From Oopsacas minuta (Eukaryota > Animalia > Porifera), in contig JAKMXF010000344.1 of NCBI GenBank assembly GCA_024704765.1, positions 1 through 64,000 of the forward strand: a stretch of 64,000 nucleotides of DNA. Direction: 5' to 3'. A model generated the notes under the pieces. It saw only the letters and a list, made by a program, of their open reading frames with translations. It made no database searches and was not told the DNA's origin. Position numbers and translations under genes: made by a program. Of the stretch, positions 1-11,433 are shown piece by piece. The number at the start of each line of letters is the position of its first letter. Position 1 is the first letter of the stretch.

Positions 1-289
1 TATTCGGGCAAATACATGTCTTTTAAATTATCCATGATTAATATGAAAATATTTTATACATAAATATAATAGAAATAATTTTAAAGCTACCCTTAAATTT
101 AGATATTCAATGAATCCATATTATATACAGCACTAGAAGTACCTATTGTTTAACTAATACATATGTAAATTCTAAGAACTATAGAATTATCACAGATGAC
201 ATAGTGCTATATAATGAATATTTTTCATTAACTTTCAGCAAAAAAACTATAACCAATATAAAAATTCTAGAAAAGCAGAAGGTGTAGAA

Positions 290-1076
290 TTTTTACTGTG
301 CCGACTATACTTTAGTATAGTGGCCCAGTATTGAAATGGTTGCCTATATAATTATTATTTTTTATTTTTTGTTTTTTTCTCCGTAAAGCCTTACAACCAA
401 AACTGGAGAGAAATAAGGTGATATATTGTGTGAGAACTATTGAAGATATTCGCCGGGTGTGCTTCTCCCCTTTAGTAATCAATCGGACACCAAGTGCCAC
501 TATTTCACACTCGTCAAACTTTTGTCTGGCCTCTAGCAAAAAATTATGAAAGGAAAGGTACCAAAATGTTCACACTTTTCGAAAGAACAAAAATATTGAA
601 AATTACAACCTATGCCGACAGCTTAGTCTATTAAATTCAATTTGTTTAAAAAGTGGCACTATTAATTGGAGGAACTATGAATGGTTACTTTTAATCCAGA
701 AGCACATACTGCCTTCAATTAATAGTGCCACTTTTTAAACAAATTAAATTTAATAGACTATGCTGTCGGCACAAGTTGTATTCTTATATTTTTGTTCTAT
801 TTCAAAAGTGTGAAATTTTTGCACCTTTCCTTTCATAATCTTTTGCTAGAGGCCAGACAAAAGTTTGACCAGTGTGAAATAGTGGCACTTGGTGTCCGAT
901 TGATTACTAAAGGGGAGAAGCACACCCGACGAATATCTTCAATATTTTCTCACACCATATATCACTATAATTTCATCCAGTTTTGGCTACAGGACTTTTA
1001 CGAAGAAAATGAAAAAGTATAGGCAACCATTTCAATACTGGGACACTATACTAAATTATAGTCGGCACAGTAAAAA
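290..1076. repeat. Long imperfect palindrome / foldback element (arms ~290-672 and ~712-1076, ~39-nt loop)
   Basis: Arms are reverse complements, e.g. TTTTACTGTGCCGACTATA...AAGTGGCACTATTAATTG vs CAATTAATAGTGCCACTT...TATAGTCGGCACAGTAAAA. The same spurious peptide LEARQKFD.CEIVALGVRLITKGEKHTRRISSI appears on opposite strands (ORFs 312-539 minus, 792-1022 plus). No TSD seen. Confidence 0.9.
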
Positions 1077-1268
1077 CGATGGAGTTCAAAAATATACGAT
1101 TATGTATACCAATGTTGTCATTCTGACTGAAAAACATTATGCCCGAAATTTTGAAATTTGAAATAGCTGGTTGTAGGAAAATGGCCGCGTGCCTCCTGAA
1201 TAATTTTATCAAATTTTGAATAAACCAATGACCACAAGAATTGAAATCTGCATACCATTCCAAGCAAT

Positions 1269-1680
1269 TTAATACGTCACATATTTATGACCCCAAAGGA
1301 AAAAGGATATGATAGAACTGGGTCATGTATTATCCATATGAATAGTGTACATGCAGGACTCTGGGGTCATTTGTGACCCAATGAAGAATGTACATGCTGA
1401 ACTCTGGGATCATTTGTGACCCCAATGAATAATGTATATGCTGAACTCTGGGGTCATTCGTTACCCCAATGAAGAATGTACATGCTGAACTCTGGGGTCA
1501 TTCGTGACCCCAATGAAGAATGTACATGCTGAACTCTGGGGTCATTCGTGACCCCAATGAAGAATGTACATGCTGAACTCTGGGGTCATTCGTGACCCCA
1601 ATGAAGAATGTACATGCTAAACTCTGGGGTCATTTCGTGTGGGGGTCATAAGTGACCCCAGTGGGTACTTTGGAGGTTAA
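1269..1680. mobile_element. piggyBac-like non-autonomous element remnant containing a 44-bp tandem array
   Basis: Right end GGGGTCATAAGTGACCCCAGTGGGTACTTTGGAGG followed by TTAA (1677-1680), a CCT-starting terminus with a TTAA target. The left end keeps only TTAA...TTATGACCCC. Confidence 0.55.
1337..1640 (+). repeat. Tandem repeat, 44-bp unit, ~7 copies, each with a TGGGGTCA-TTCG-TGACCCCA hairpin
   Basis: Unit ATGAAGAATGTACATGCTGAACTCTGGGGTCATTCGTGACCCCA starts at 1381, 1425, 1469, 1513, 1557 and 1601, with a degenerate copy at ~1337. Confidence 0.95.
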
Positions 1681-2109
1681 TATGTAAGGATTAAAATAGC
1701 CATATCTGCAAAAATATCGAATTTCGTCATCTGTTAGCGTAACTAGCATGTATGAAAATACCCTCAATATTTGAAACCATGTAAAACGTTTATTATTATT
1801 TTATGTTCCTTATGTTGAAATATCACAATGATCCAAACCGTTCTATACATAATAAAATAATTGTCATGATAAAGTTCCAATGTATTTAAGTTATTTTCTC
1901 TTATAGCTCGATAATTATGGTCAATTCAGCATAGCCAATATATAGTATACACCTGATTTCTCCTATCCTTATATGACTATAAGCAATTAGTTGATAAATG
2001 CGCTATTCTTTGATAACTTATAAAACTTTAAATATTCTATCTTTTATTTCCAAATATTTAGCAAATGATCCTTAAATGCTCTTGTATACAATGACAAGAT
2101 TTTCATACC

Positions 2110-2525
2110 ATAGTTAGCTCGTTCTTGAGTTACTCACAGGTGTATATTAGAGACCATGGATGAAAACTTTTATGAATATCGATTATACCTCGATAAAGTT
2201 ATAGTTAAATTAGTATAGCCAATTTATACTATTTTCTCGACTTCCCATACTCTTATAATACATTTTGGATAGGTCCACTTTCTCCGATGTTACATAATCC
2301 TGAATATACCCATATATGGTATTTGGAAGATTACGCAATAAGCTTCAGTGATATCTTATCAAGATCTGTACTAAGTGTAGGGGAAATCTTTTATATACTA
2401 TAAATTGGCTATACTGATTCAACAGTATCACTTACTATTTTCATCGAGTTATAATTGGATATTCAGAAAAATCTGTCATCCATGGTCTCTATTCTAACTC
2501 TAGAATATCCTAACTTTTGTATTAC
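2110..2525. repeat. Degenerate palindromic MITE-like element (dispersed family)
   Basis: AGAGACCATGGATGA / TCATCCATGGTCTCT and TATAGCCAATTTATA / TATAAATTGGCTATA are inverted around ~2315. Related units occur at ~1850-1990, ~35440-35600, ~59090-59225 and ~62075-62210. Confidence 0.6.
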
Positions 2526-3484
2526 AAATATTTGAAATTTTTGATTTGTATCCCCGAATCATTTCATATATTCTCTTGGAAATGAATGATCCAGTATTTG
2601 ATTTTGTATTTGCCATCCAAGAATTTCACACTTTCCGAATATATGTTTACTCCTTTACAACTGTTAGACAGCTTGCCAATTCGATTTCATCACTGATATC
2701 AAATCACCTAATTCGACGATCACATGCGCTGGCCTATACGAGTATTCTGCATTGTATGTGTCAGGTTATGCTTAATTTTGAATAACTCAATTCAGTCTTT
2801 ATTTTAATTTATTCCTATCACAATTATGCAATTTCTCTAAGTATATAATTTTTCTTTTGTAGTTCTACATCCCTTCTATGCAGGACTATGAAGTCCCTCA
2901 AATGCTTCTTTCAAAAATTGACAATCTTGATAGGATCAAAACCTCAGGTATACACAATCATTTACTTTTTTTATCAGTATGTTGCTTTGAACATAAGCCT
3001 TTTTAGTGATGCAAACTATGCAATTTTGATATTAGGATAACTACAAATATTATTAAATTTTCACAATTGTTTTATGTAAACAGGCAATATATTTTGGCAA
3101 AATAATATACTAATGACAGATTGCATTTTAGTTTGATATTTCACGTTCTCTAAATTGTATGAAATCGTGCTCTGTCTGCTTTTTCTGTTTAATTTTAAGA
3201 TCATTATAGAATATTCCTGAGTTACTTTAAGAAACTTTGATTAATGAACATTGTCAATACAGTAAAACTAATGTGATCAAGACATCTCAAGGATGCCTTT
3301 AGTTTAGAATTTGCCCGACCTCTGACATTCCATTCCAATTTGTATATGTTATACACTGTCGTGATACATTTCAATTTTTCACGATTCTTACTAATCACTG
3401 TTTATCGTTACTAAGAATCATGCATACATGAAATACAACTGAAGACAACCCTTTTTAAACGGAAATTTGCTGAAATATTGATTA

Positions 3485-3945
3485 CAGTCAAGTCCGTTTA
3501 ATTGATATATACCTGTTAGCGGGAAAACCACTTAATTGCAGAAGTCTCCATGAACGGAATAAATTTTCATCAATGTTAAAATAAAATTTTCTGTCAATCG
3601 GGACAAACTCCGATAATCGAGTGAAAAATTTGTCACTCAATCAAGAGAAAATTCCTCTTAAACTCCTCTTGAACTCCACAAATTCGATAATTGGACACAA
3701 TTCCCCTTGAATTGATAATTTTTTTTCATATACAAGTGCTTTTTCTCAACATTGTTTCAGGGATGAACCCAAACGATCTTCAGAATTCAAATTCGCACTT
3801 TGAGTCGAGATGGCTCCACCATACTATAGATAATTTGCTTTACGGGATCTTCACTAAAGATTGGGGATAATCTGCTATATATCATAATTTTTCGAAAGTT
3901 TTCCAGTTAATTGGACTCAGCTTAATCGAGAAAAATGGTTTACTG
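3485..3945. mobile_element. pogo/Tc1-mariner-type MITE
   Basis: TA|CAGTCAAGTCC... and ...GGTTTACTG|TA termini with imperfect TIR. No ORF. Confidence 0.45.
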
Positions 3946-4139
3946 TATCTTCAAAACATTTTGGGTAAATGGTACCCTGATCTGGGAGTTCCGAATTTGG
4001 TTTTATCACTATCAACTTATACTTACCCACAAGTTTTAAACACCTGAATTTATCTTTACAAAATAATTTACATACGAAAATTCACTAAATACATACAGTA
4101 CGTATATTTTTTGCAATACCAGTTTAGCATATTTTATCT

Positions 4140-4818
4140 CCATGGAAACATTAGGCAAGCTCGAATACGGATCATAATATACTACAATTTCAAGCGTGAG
4201 TTATCAACAGAAGTATGTATTTTTGAAATGTAGAGGTATTTGGTGGTGATGTAGTCTCATTACGCATTATACAAAGGTGGTATCGCGAATTCAACGCAAT
4301 TTTCTTCATTCCAAGGTTTGATAAAGGTTGTGAAATTTGAAAGGGGTGCTACGGTTACTTCAAAATGGTATGCCGATGTTTGTTTACAAGCAATCTTCGA
4401 TTATATCAAGTATCATCGACCGAAAACTGGCTAATGATGCATTAAATTGCACCATATAGTGCACCTGCACATAGGGCAGCACATACAATGGATTATATTC
4501 AAGCAAATGGAGTATCTACCCTGCCGCACCCACCATATTCTTCTGATTTTGCCCAATATGACTTCTGGCTCTTCCCAAAACTTAAGGAAAAACTCAATGG
4601 TAGATGCTTTTCTACCGAAGAAGAGTTGGAGTCGGCGGTCTTTGATACGCTTGTAAGTACCCCATCGAAAATTTGGTACCAATCTTTCGAAGATTGGTTG
4701 TTGCGTCTGCAAAGCTGCATAGCTGTTCATGGCAAATATTTGAGAGAAATCAAGCACTATATTAATTATATTCAATGTATTTACTATCTAACGACAAAAC
4801 TTTCCTAGTGCCCCCTAG
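4140..4818 (+). mobile_element. mariner transposon remnant, internally deleted
   Basis: N-terminal fragment (YYNFKRELS...IIQRWYREFN), then APAHRAAH...HPPYSSDFAQYDFWLFPKLK (degenerate YSPDLAP-D motif; ORF 4488-4808). Right TIR CAAAACTTTCCTAGTGCCCCCTAG followed by TA. Confidence 0.85.
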
Positions 4819-4864
4819 TATGTATAAACAGGTTGCCGAGACATGAATTGATACTGTTGAGTGT

Positions 4865-5080
4865 AGAATTGGTGGAATCTAGTGTTACAGATTTGTGCAA
4901 TCTGGTGGAATCTGCTAGAATTTAACTGAATGTTGGGATCAGGTGGAATCTGTTGGAATCTGTTCCAAACTGATGGCATCTGACTGAATTCTGGAATCTG
5001 TTGGAAGTTGATTGAATCGTGAAATCTGGTAGAATTTGACTAAATGGTAGAATCTGGAGGAATCTGACTGAATATTTACA
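4865..5080 (+). repeat. Degenerate simple repeat of (GT)GGAATCT motifs, probably hAT subterminal repeats
   Basis: Many GGAATCT/AGAATCT copies, with inverted copies (TAGATTCCAC) at ~5701-5732. Confidence 0.5.
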
Positions 5081-6007
5081 ATGTGGTATTTTAAGGTCGA
5101 TTCAACCAGAGTCGTAGCCCGCTTGGTGTACGCGGTCCCAGGAATTTGCACACCAGGTTCAAGGTCTGTGCCAAGATTTCAAATCCGGGCATGATTATGT
5201 TATATATTGGGTAGTGGTTGTCCCAGGATATAGTCGGGTCGGGGCCAGTAATTTCAAATAGGAGCTAATTCCATGTCCCCTCCACCCTGGGACCGCCAAT
5301 GCATAACGAGCATATTCCGCACCTATAATTTACATAGAAATGTATGTATTACGGAAGCGGCATTTCACTAGGGTTGCCAGGCGTCCATTTTCCAGCAATT
5401 CTTCAGTGTCCGGGAGAATATCCTAGTTTCGTGGAATATTCGATGATCAGTGCTTCATATTTATTATTTTACATTTCTTTTTCTGAGTTTATCCTGGCCA
5501 CGGTTTTGCCATATCATCAGACCATAATGGGCTGTGGAGCCTATTATTTAATAAGATTGTAGCCGGATTTTGCACCGGGTATGCAAATTCCTGAGACCAC
5601 CCCTCTCCTTGTGCAGCACCCCAAGCTACGCTTCTGGTTGAATCGAAAATTGGATCATTTGTTTCAACGTTGTAAAATTTAATATTCAGTTTTGTTCCAT
5701 TAGATTCCACTATTCTGTCATCCTAGATTCCACCATACAGTCAATCCCATATTTGTGCAATTATCAGAATGTATAGTTACTGGACAATTCGAAGTGATAA
5801 TTTTCTAATCAACTTAATATACATATCGGTGGGTTGGTTGTTAGAAAGAACCTACTTTTATTCGTTCATAATGGTATATAATAGCGTTGTGAAATTTATC
5901 ATACTTCTTGTGTATAGTTATATGTGTGAATATTGTGAAACGCTCCCCTACCTTTATACTTAATCGATGTTGAGGCTTAATTAGTAGTATAACATGTGAA
6001 AATGAGG

Positions 6008-9000
6008 TACAGTGGAACACCCCCTGGAAATTGATCAAAATTTCAATCCGATATTTAGTACCATTTAAAGTTCATTGGAAAGAGAAATATCCAATTAATT
6101 GGAATGTCTAAAATTGTTATGATCAATCATTTAGTTTGGAACAACTGGAATTTATAAAAGCATTACAATTCCTTGCTCAGAAATTATTCTTGAAAACCAC
6201 AGATATTCATTTATATTAATGAACTTAAATTCCAGTATCTAAGCAACTAATACATTCCAAAGACTTCATTCTATTGCATTTTTGACTACTCTCTCATTAT
6301 AGTGATTATATAAACGGAGTTCAAATAATGAATCCTTAAAATAGCTCAAATATTTTGATAAATTTTTCTGTTGGATTTCTGTCGTCACTCAACTTCGAAG
6401 TCTCATAACTTCATCTGTCGCGTTCTGTCAAGTTGTCTCATGAGTTTTATAAGACAGCATTTTTAATTCTCTATAAAATACAACAATTTCCAGGTTCCCG
6501 AAAATTCGCGCAAATATAGTTTCAATCACATGAACTTTTGAATTTATCTGATATTTTTAAAAATTCTCTTTCACAATTTATATAAATATTATGGTTGCTT
6601 AGTGATATAATCAAAACGTGAAGTTATTTACATTTTTATGCTTGTGTTTACAAAATTCAGCTTGTAATTAATATAAATAAATGTTCCCATCACGTATTTT
6701 TACAAAGATTCCATTAAAAAATCAACACTCTTCTACTGTGAGAAAACGTTTCGTCAAAAGTTCCTTAATTCTTAGATTTCAGAATGTATTTTATAAGCTT
6801 ATAAAACAAACATGCATATATTTATATAATCTTACTTTTTGCCCCGTATTTACAAGATTGTTAATATATAATATACTAATTATCTAGAAAATGAACAACC
6901 TTCAAGCTTTTCTGTTTTCTTGTGAGCATAAATTACCTAGCACTCGTTCAATCGCAGACCAATTTATTTCAACTCTTGGTTTTTATAGAGATCAGCAAAA
7001 TTTTCTTTCGTCTGAAGTTCAATGATATTCAAAAAGAAGGAGCCTCTTTTCATAAATATTCGGACCTTGATGCTTGGAATTCCATGTGCTTCTGTCCTCT
7101 GCCAAAGAAGCCTAGGTTAAGTGCCTCTTCTTCATTAATCATTAACTTTGAAGAAGACTTAATCTTTCAAAAAAGAAATCGCTCGCTGACTTCACGACCA
7201 AAGGTTTAAGAAATCGGCTCTCTTCTCTTAAGTCTCACCTCGAATCAGTCGCGGAAAACGAGCATGTATCTCCAAAGACTCTTGCAACTTATCTCTTACT
7301 ACTTTGTTGCACTGAAGAGCAGGACATGAATAGTGCCAATGTTTGTAAGGAGATACTCGAGAAGGGAAACTCATCTCCTATCTATCCACAATTATCACTT
7401 GATAAACCTGCCTTTCTTTTCGATTCGCTTGAGATCGGTGAAACAAAGTATTAAGAACTTCAGCGTACGTTACTATCTGAAGATCTCAAGTTACCAGGCT
7501 ACGATAGCGTAGTTAAACATCGCGCTCAAATTAATTTTCTGGATGAGGTGCGTATAATTCATAGAGAATTTCCATGTGGAGTAGGTATTTCTTACACCAG
7601 ACTACTCACCCATGCAGTTGAACGAATTGTATCTAACTTAGTCCTGATACTCTTGTCTATCCGTCGAAAGTTCGAGTATCCGATGGCTTAGATAGACCTG
7701 GGCGTCATCGAGTTTACCAGCAAGCTATATCTAACCCTGACCTCTCGACTCCGACCTTCATTTTATTCGCTTTCAAGGTTAACGCAATCTTAAATGCAAA
7801 TGATCATATCCTTTGGAAACCTCATCATCCAAATTCGCCATTTTGCACTCGACCAGTTGCCCTCTTAGCCCTTCCAGAAAATGAAGAGAGTGTCAAGTTT
7901 TTGATGGACTCATTTATAAATAACGAAACTTCAACTATTGAAGAGAGTGGTTTGTGTCTACACAATGGGAATGCAGAGGGCAAGATCATAAGATCTTATT
8001 TCAATACAAAGATGGCAAAAATCTTAATCGGTGCTAGTGGTGCTAATTGTCAAATGGGTACTGCAACGTTCCAACAGATACATGATATTAGCATAGTTCA
8101 AAATGGCTTTCTCATAAATAGGACTATCCATGATGCACGTGATGTATTTGATGAGGTTGATGAAGAAGAATTTTTATCTTTGCAACCAATCAAAGATTCA
8201 ATTTAACACACAAACCGATCTCAGAAAATGATATCATATCAGCTTCCCCTCTACATGCATATTTGAGAACATTTAGTTGGTTCCAATTATTGATTTGCCA
8301 TTTACAGTGTGGTGCTATTCAAAAATGGTCACCAACTTCACGAATAATTCTTGGGGCCAAGAAATTTATTACTAGCTTTATTAAAGAAAACTTAGTATAT
8401 CCATTGACACACTATCAGTCCAATCAGGAACTACCACAACCGGAAATGTTGTTCGGAGATGCTTCGCACGTAGCGATGATACTGTGCAAGATTTTCTCTA
8501 TTGGGTATTGACGGCTGTTCCTCAAGAGACACATCAAGTTGTCACTACAATCTTTAATAATTTGAGTGTTATCCTGAGATTGTATAATAGCAACAGGAAA
8601 GTAGATACTGAAGGCCTTGATAATGTATGCCGAGAGACTTACGAATCCATTCTAACCAATTTTTCATGGGCACATACAAACCGTACTTTACATAAACTTC
8701 TAGCCCATGCACCACAAATAATTGCAGATCATAACGATGGGTTTGGCTTAGAAGATTTGTCTGAATAAGGCCTTGAAACTTGTAATAAATTGGTCAAGCG
8801 ATACCGTGAGAGACTCTCAAGAAAATTTAGCTTTGAGGACAACGTTAAAGATGTGTTCGTCAGGCTTATCTCTCAAAGTGATCCAATTTTAGCATCCTTT
8901 CGTAATATTACCAAAAACGATTCGGAGCCAGATCTATCTGTGTTAAAGAGCTGTCAGGATATTTTGGTGAATTCTCTAATTATAAATACGTTATAGTTTG

Positions 9001-9334
9001 TAGTTCAATGAACGGTAAGTCATTTTAACAAGAAACGTGGTTTCATAAGTTTATAAAAATGTACATTAAATAGTGATAATAGTATCAAAACATAAAACAT
9101 TCAATTTCTGAACCTATAGCTCACAATTTGGCTTAATTAAAATCGATAAAAAAATCAAAATATTTTTGAATTTGACAATAACGTCATTACTTTCACACCC
9201 AAAGACTTAGAAAATATCTAGTTACGTCAATCGATTCCTTGGGTACGATTCCCCATAGGTCAATAATATAGTCTAATCCGTTATCTAGTGCCCTAATACC
9301 TACTTCCAGGTTTTAGCCATTTCGTGCCACTGTG
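6008..9334 (+). mobile_element. Full-length Transib / RAG1-like transposon (3327 bp) with 5-bp TSD
   Basis: TGAGG flanks both ends (6003-6007, 9335-9339). Left end TACAGTGGAAC; right end reverse complement CACAGTGGCACGAAATGGCTAAAACC. Encloses a RAG1-core-like pseudogene. Confidence 0.85.
6891..8996 (+). pseudogene. Transib/RAG1-core-like DDE transposase, frameshifted with premature stops
   Basis: Fragments in order: SDGLD (first catalytic Asp region), LWKPHHPNSPFCTRPVAL, RSYFNTKM (second Asp position mutated to N), GANCQM.TAT (Zn ligands), TLHKLLAH, LSE*GLETCNKLVKRYRERLSRK (RAG1 E962-equivalent), KDVFVRL...SDP. Confidence 0.85.
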
Positions 9335-9479
9335 TGAGGGTTATTTAACTGTCATACAACACTACTCATACACTCAATTACTTGGGTCATTTCAAAAGTA
9401 CTGATTACTAAGTATAATTGATACTTATATTTATCTAAATGCACAAATTTGAACTTACTCCATGCAGTATCGAAATTAT

Positions 9480-10270
9480 CATGAATACTTTTCAAGTTAT
9501 TGTCTTTTCAATCTTGTTTTCAAGTTTCATTCCTTGTTGAAAGACTCGAATAGAAACATTCACAACGATCTCTTGGATGTTTGTGGGATCATCCTTGCCT
9601 ATTCCACCGTCAGAAGGTGAGCTCAACTGTTTAGAGAGGGGAGAGAAACCATTGAAGATGAGCCTCGGATAGGTTTCCTATATCTGCTACAAGTGAAGTC
9701 TCAGTCGATTTAGTTCGTGAATTTCTTATCAACGATCCCTGCTGCTCTATTGAAGAGATTAGTATGTATAATGATGTCACAACGGGAAGTATTTATCGTA
9801 TACTGAATGAGACCTCAGAGTTAGGAAGGTCTGTGCTCGATGGGTACTGTCCGGTGGCTCAGTCTTTCGTCCCGAAGGGCAGTATGTTACTGGACACTTT
9901 TACTGTATTCAAGTACTCACAGAAGTTCAAAGGTACTACTTAGAGTGTCGACCGAGAATTGGTCCATGTGGAATCAAGCTTTTGCATGAGAATGCAAGAA
10001 GCCACAAGACTAAGCAGTTTGAGGAATTCATAAGCGAGATGAGATGCAAACTCTTGATTACCCTTCCTATTCCTCTGTCCTAAGTCCTTGTGACTTTGGG
10101 ATGTTTTCAAACCTGAAAATTAATCTGTCTGGCTAAGAGTTTATAAGTAATATGTGAATCGATTCGCGATCCATTTGTACCTGAAGTCTATTCCACAAAC
10201 AGAGTACAAAAACCATTCACTGCTGGATACACTTATTAAAAGAGTGTCAAGGGGACTATTTCGAAAATAT
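9480..10270 (+). mobile_element. mariner transposon remnant with internal deletion
   Basis: Frameshifted peptides IHNDLLDVCG..YSTVRR.AQLFREGRETIEDEPR...VCARWV and LLHENARSH...PSYSSVLSPCDFGMFSNLK. Confidence 0.8.
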
Positions 10271-10643
10271 ATAGTTTATTAATATGTTAGTCATTGTGTA
10301 CAATCATATTGGACTAAAAGCTTGAGTCTCCATGATCTAATTTACAAAAAACGTGCAATACTAAGTTCATGAAGGGGTTAAGCGCCAAGATTTCAGGTGT
10401 TCTTAAAATATTGGTATTGTACAATTTTTAAATGATTCTGGGAGAGTCCTATCTTTGGATCTATCAATTTAAATAGAATGCTCGCTTATTATTTGCTATA
10501 CATTATGGCATGTACTAATCTAGAATTTTGAAATATCACTGATAGATATGATGAGATAAATTCGTTGAACAGATTTTCAATTGGTTACACCATTCAGATA
10601 GCAAACAACTCGATATGACAAAAACCTAAAGTATAAGATTAAA

Positions 10644-11433
10644 CATAGACTACTTATCATGCCGATAGGAAACTATCCGAGAAACGAATAAAACAAGAGG
10701 CCATTTATATAAATCTCATAAAAGTTAAATTAACCCTTCAAAATTTGTTAATTGAACTTTTAGGGTTAGAAAATGTGAAGAATCAATTAAGACTACCTAA
10801 AAAGTTCAAACGACCGCCGCCATCCTTCATCTCGTTTACGCGCATTCAAATCATGACATCAAAATTCACGCAAATGCTCTTCAAAATGAAATTTTACTTT
10901 TTAAAATTCTTGTATTTCGATGAATTAATGTCCTCTATTTATTCATATAGTATATATAATTACCACGTTTTCTTTAGAACAGAATTTGGATCAGATCTTC
11001 ATATCATATTTTTGGAAATTCATGAATCTATTTTTGATAAATATATTGTTCTCATGTCCATGGTATAATTAAGAAATTTTTCTTCTAATAATATCTTTAA
11101 AAAGTGTGTTTAACTTGAGTGTGAAGTACATGTACGAATTCAAACAATTTTGGCATAAACTTAAATTCAATACATATTTTACAAAAATATTTGAGAAAAA
11201 TAGTCAAATTATATAAATGCTAACGTCATCGCATAAATGGCGCCTAAACGAGATGAAGGATAGCCGTTTGAACTTTTTAGGTAGTTTTAACTGATTCCTT
11301 ACATTTTCTAACCCTAAAAAGTTCAACTCACAAGTTTTGAAGGGTTAACTTAAATTTTTGAGATTTCTATAAATGGCTTCTCTTTTATTCGTTGCTCGGC
11401 TACTTTCTTTTGCGAATAATATAGTAGTCTATG
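10644..11433. mobile_element. Short palindromic MITE (CATAGACTACT...AGTAGTCTATG), interrupted at its centre by a piggyBac MITE
   Basis: ~85-bp arms 10644-10729 and 11349-11433 are imperfect reverse complements (CCGAGAAACGAATAAAA..GCCATTTATATAAATCTC / GAGATTTCTATAAATGGC..TTTTATTCGTTGCTCGG). No TSD found. Confidence 0.7.
10734..11344. mobile_element. piggyBac-type MITE (611 bp, ~130-bp TIRs, TTAA TSD)
   Basis: TTAA|CCCTTCAAAA...TTTTGAAGGG|TTAA, with a long imperfect TIR that includes CCTAAAAAGTTCAAACG and CCTTCATCTCGTTTA. Confidence 0.9.

Noticed and set aside
312-1022. Two paralogous small proteins (ORFs 312-539 and 792-1022)
   Set aside because: They are the same non-coding palindrome arm read on opposite strands, with no ATG-led conserved frame.
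1337-1640. CRISPR array
   Set aside because: Units are contiguous near-identical 44-mers with no unique spacers, there are no cas genes, and the context is eukaryotic.
2600-3300. Gypsy/Ginger integrase remnant on the minus strand
   Set aside because: Only a vague H..G.RTT.EKL similarity in heavily broken frames, too weak to call.
6008-6030. TA-CAGTGGAAC as a pogo/Tigger terminus (a similar string occurs at ~58540)
   Set aside because: The TGAGG 5-mer before it matches the 5-mer after the CACTGTG end at 9334, and the enclosed ORF is Transib-like. The Transib left-end reading explains more.
6050-6890. RAG2-like partner gene inside the Transib element
   Set aside because: No kelch- or PHD-like frame is visible on either strand here or between 8996 and 9334. 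The sequence looks like non-coding subterminal DNA.
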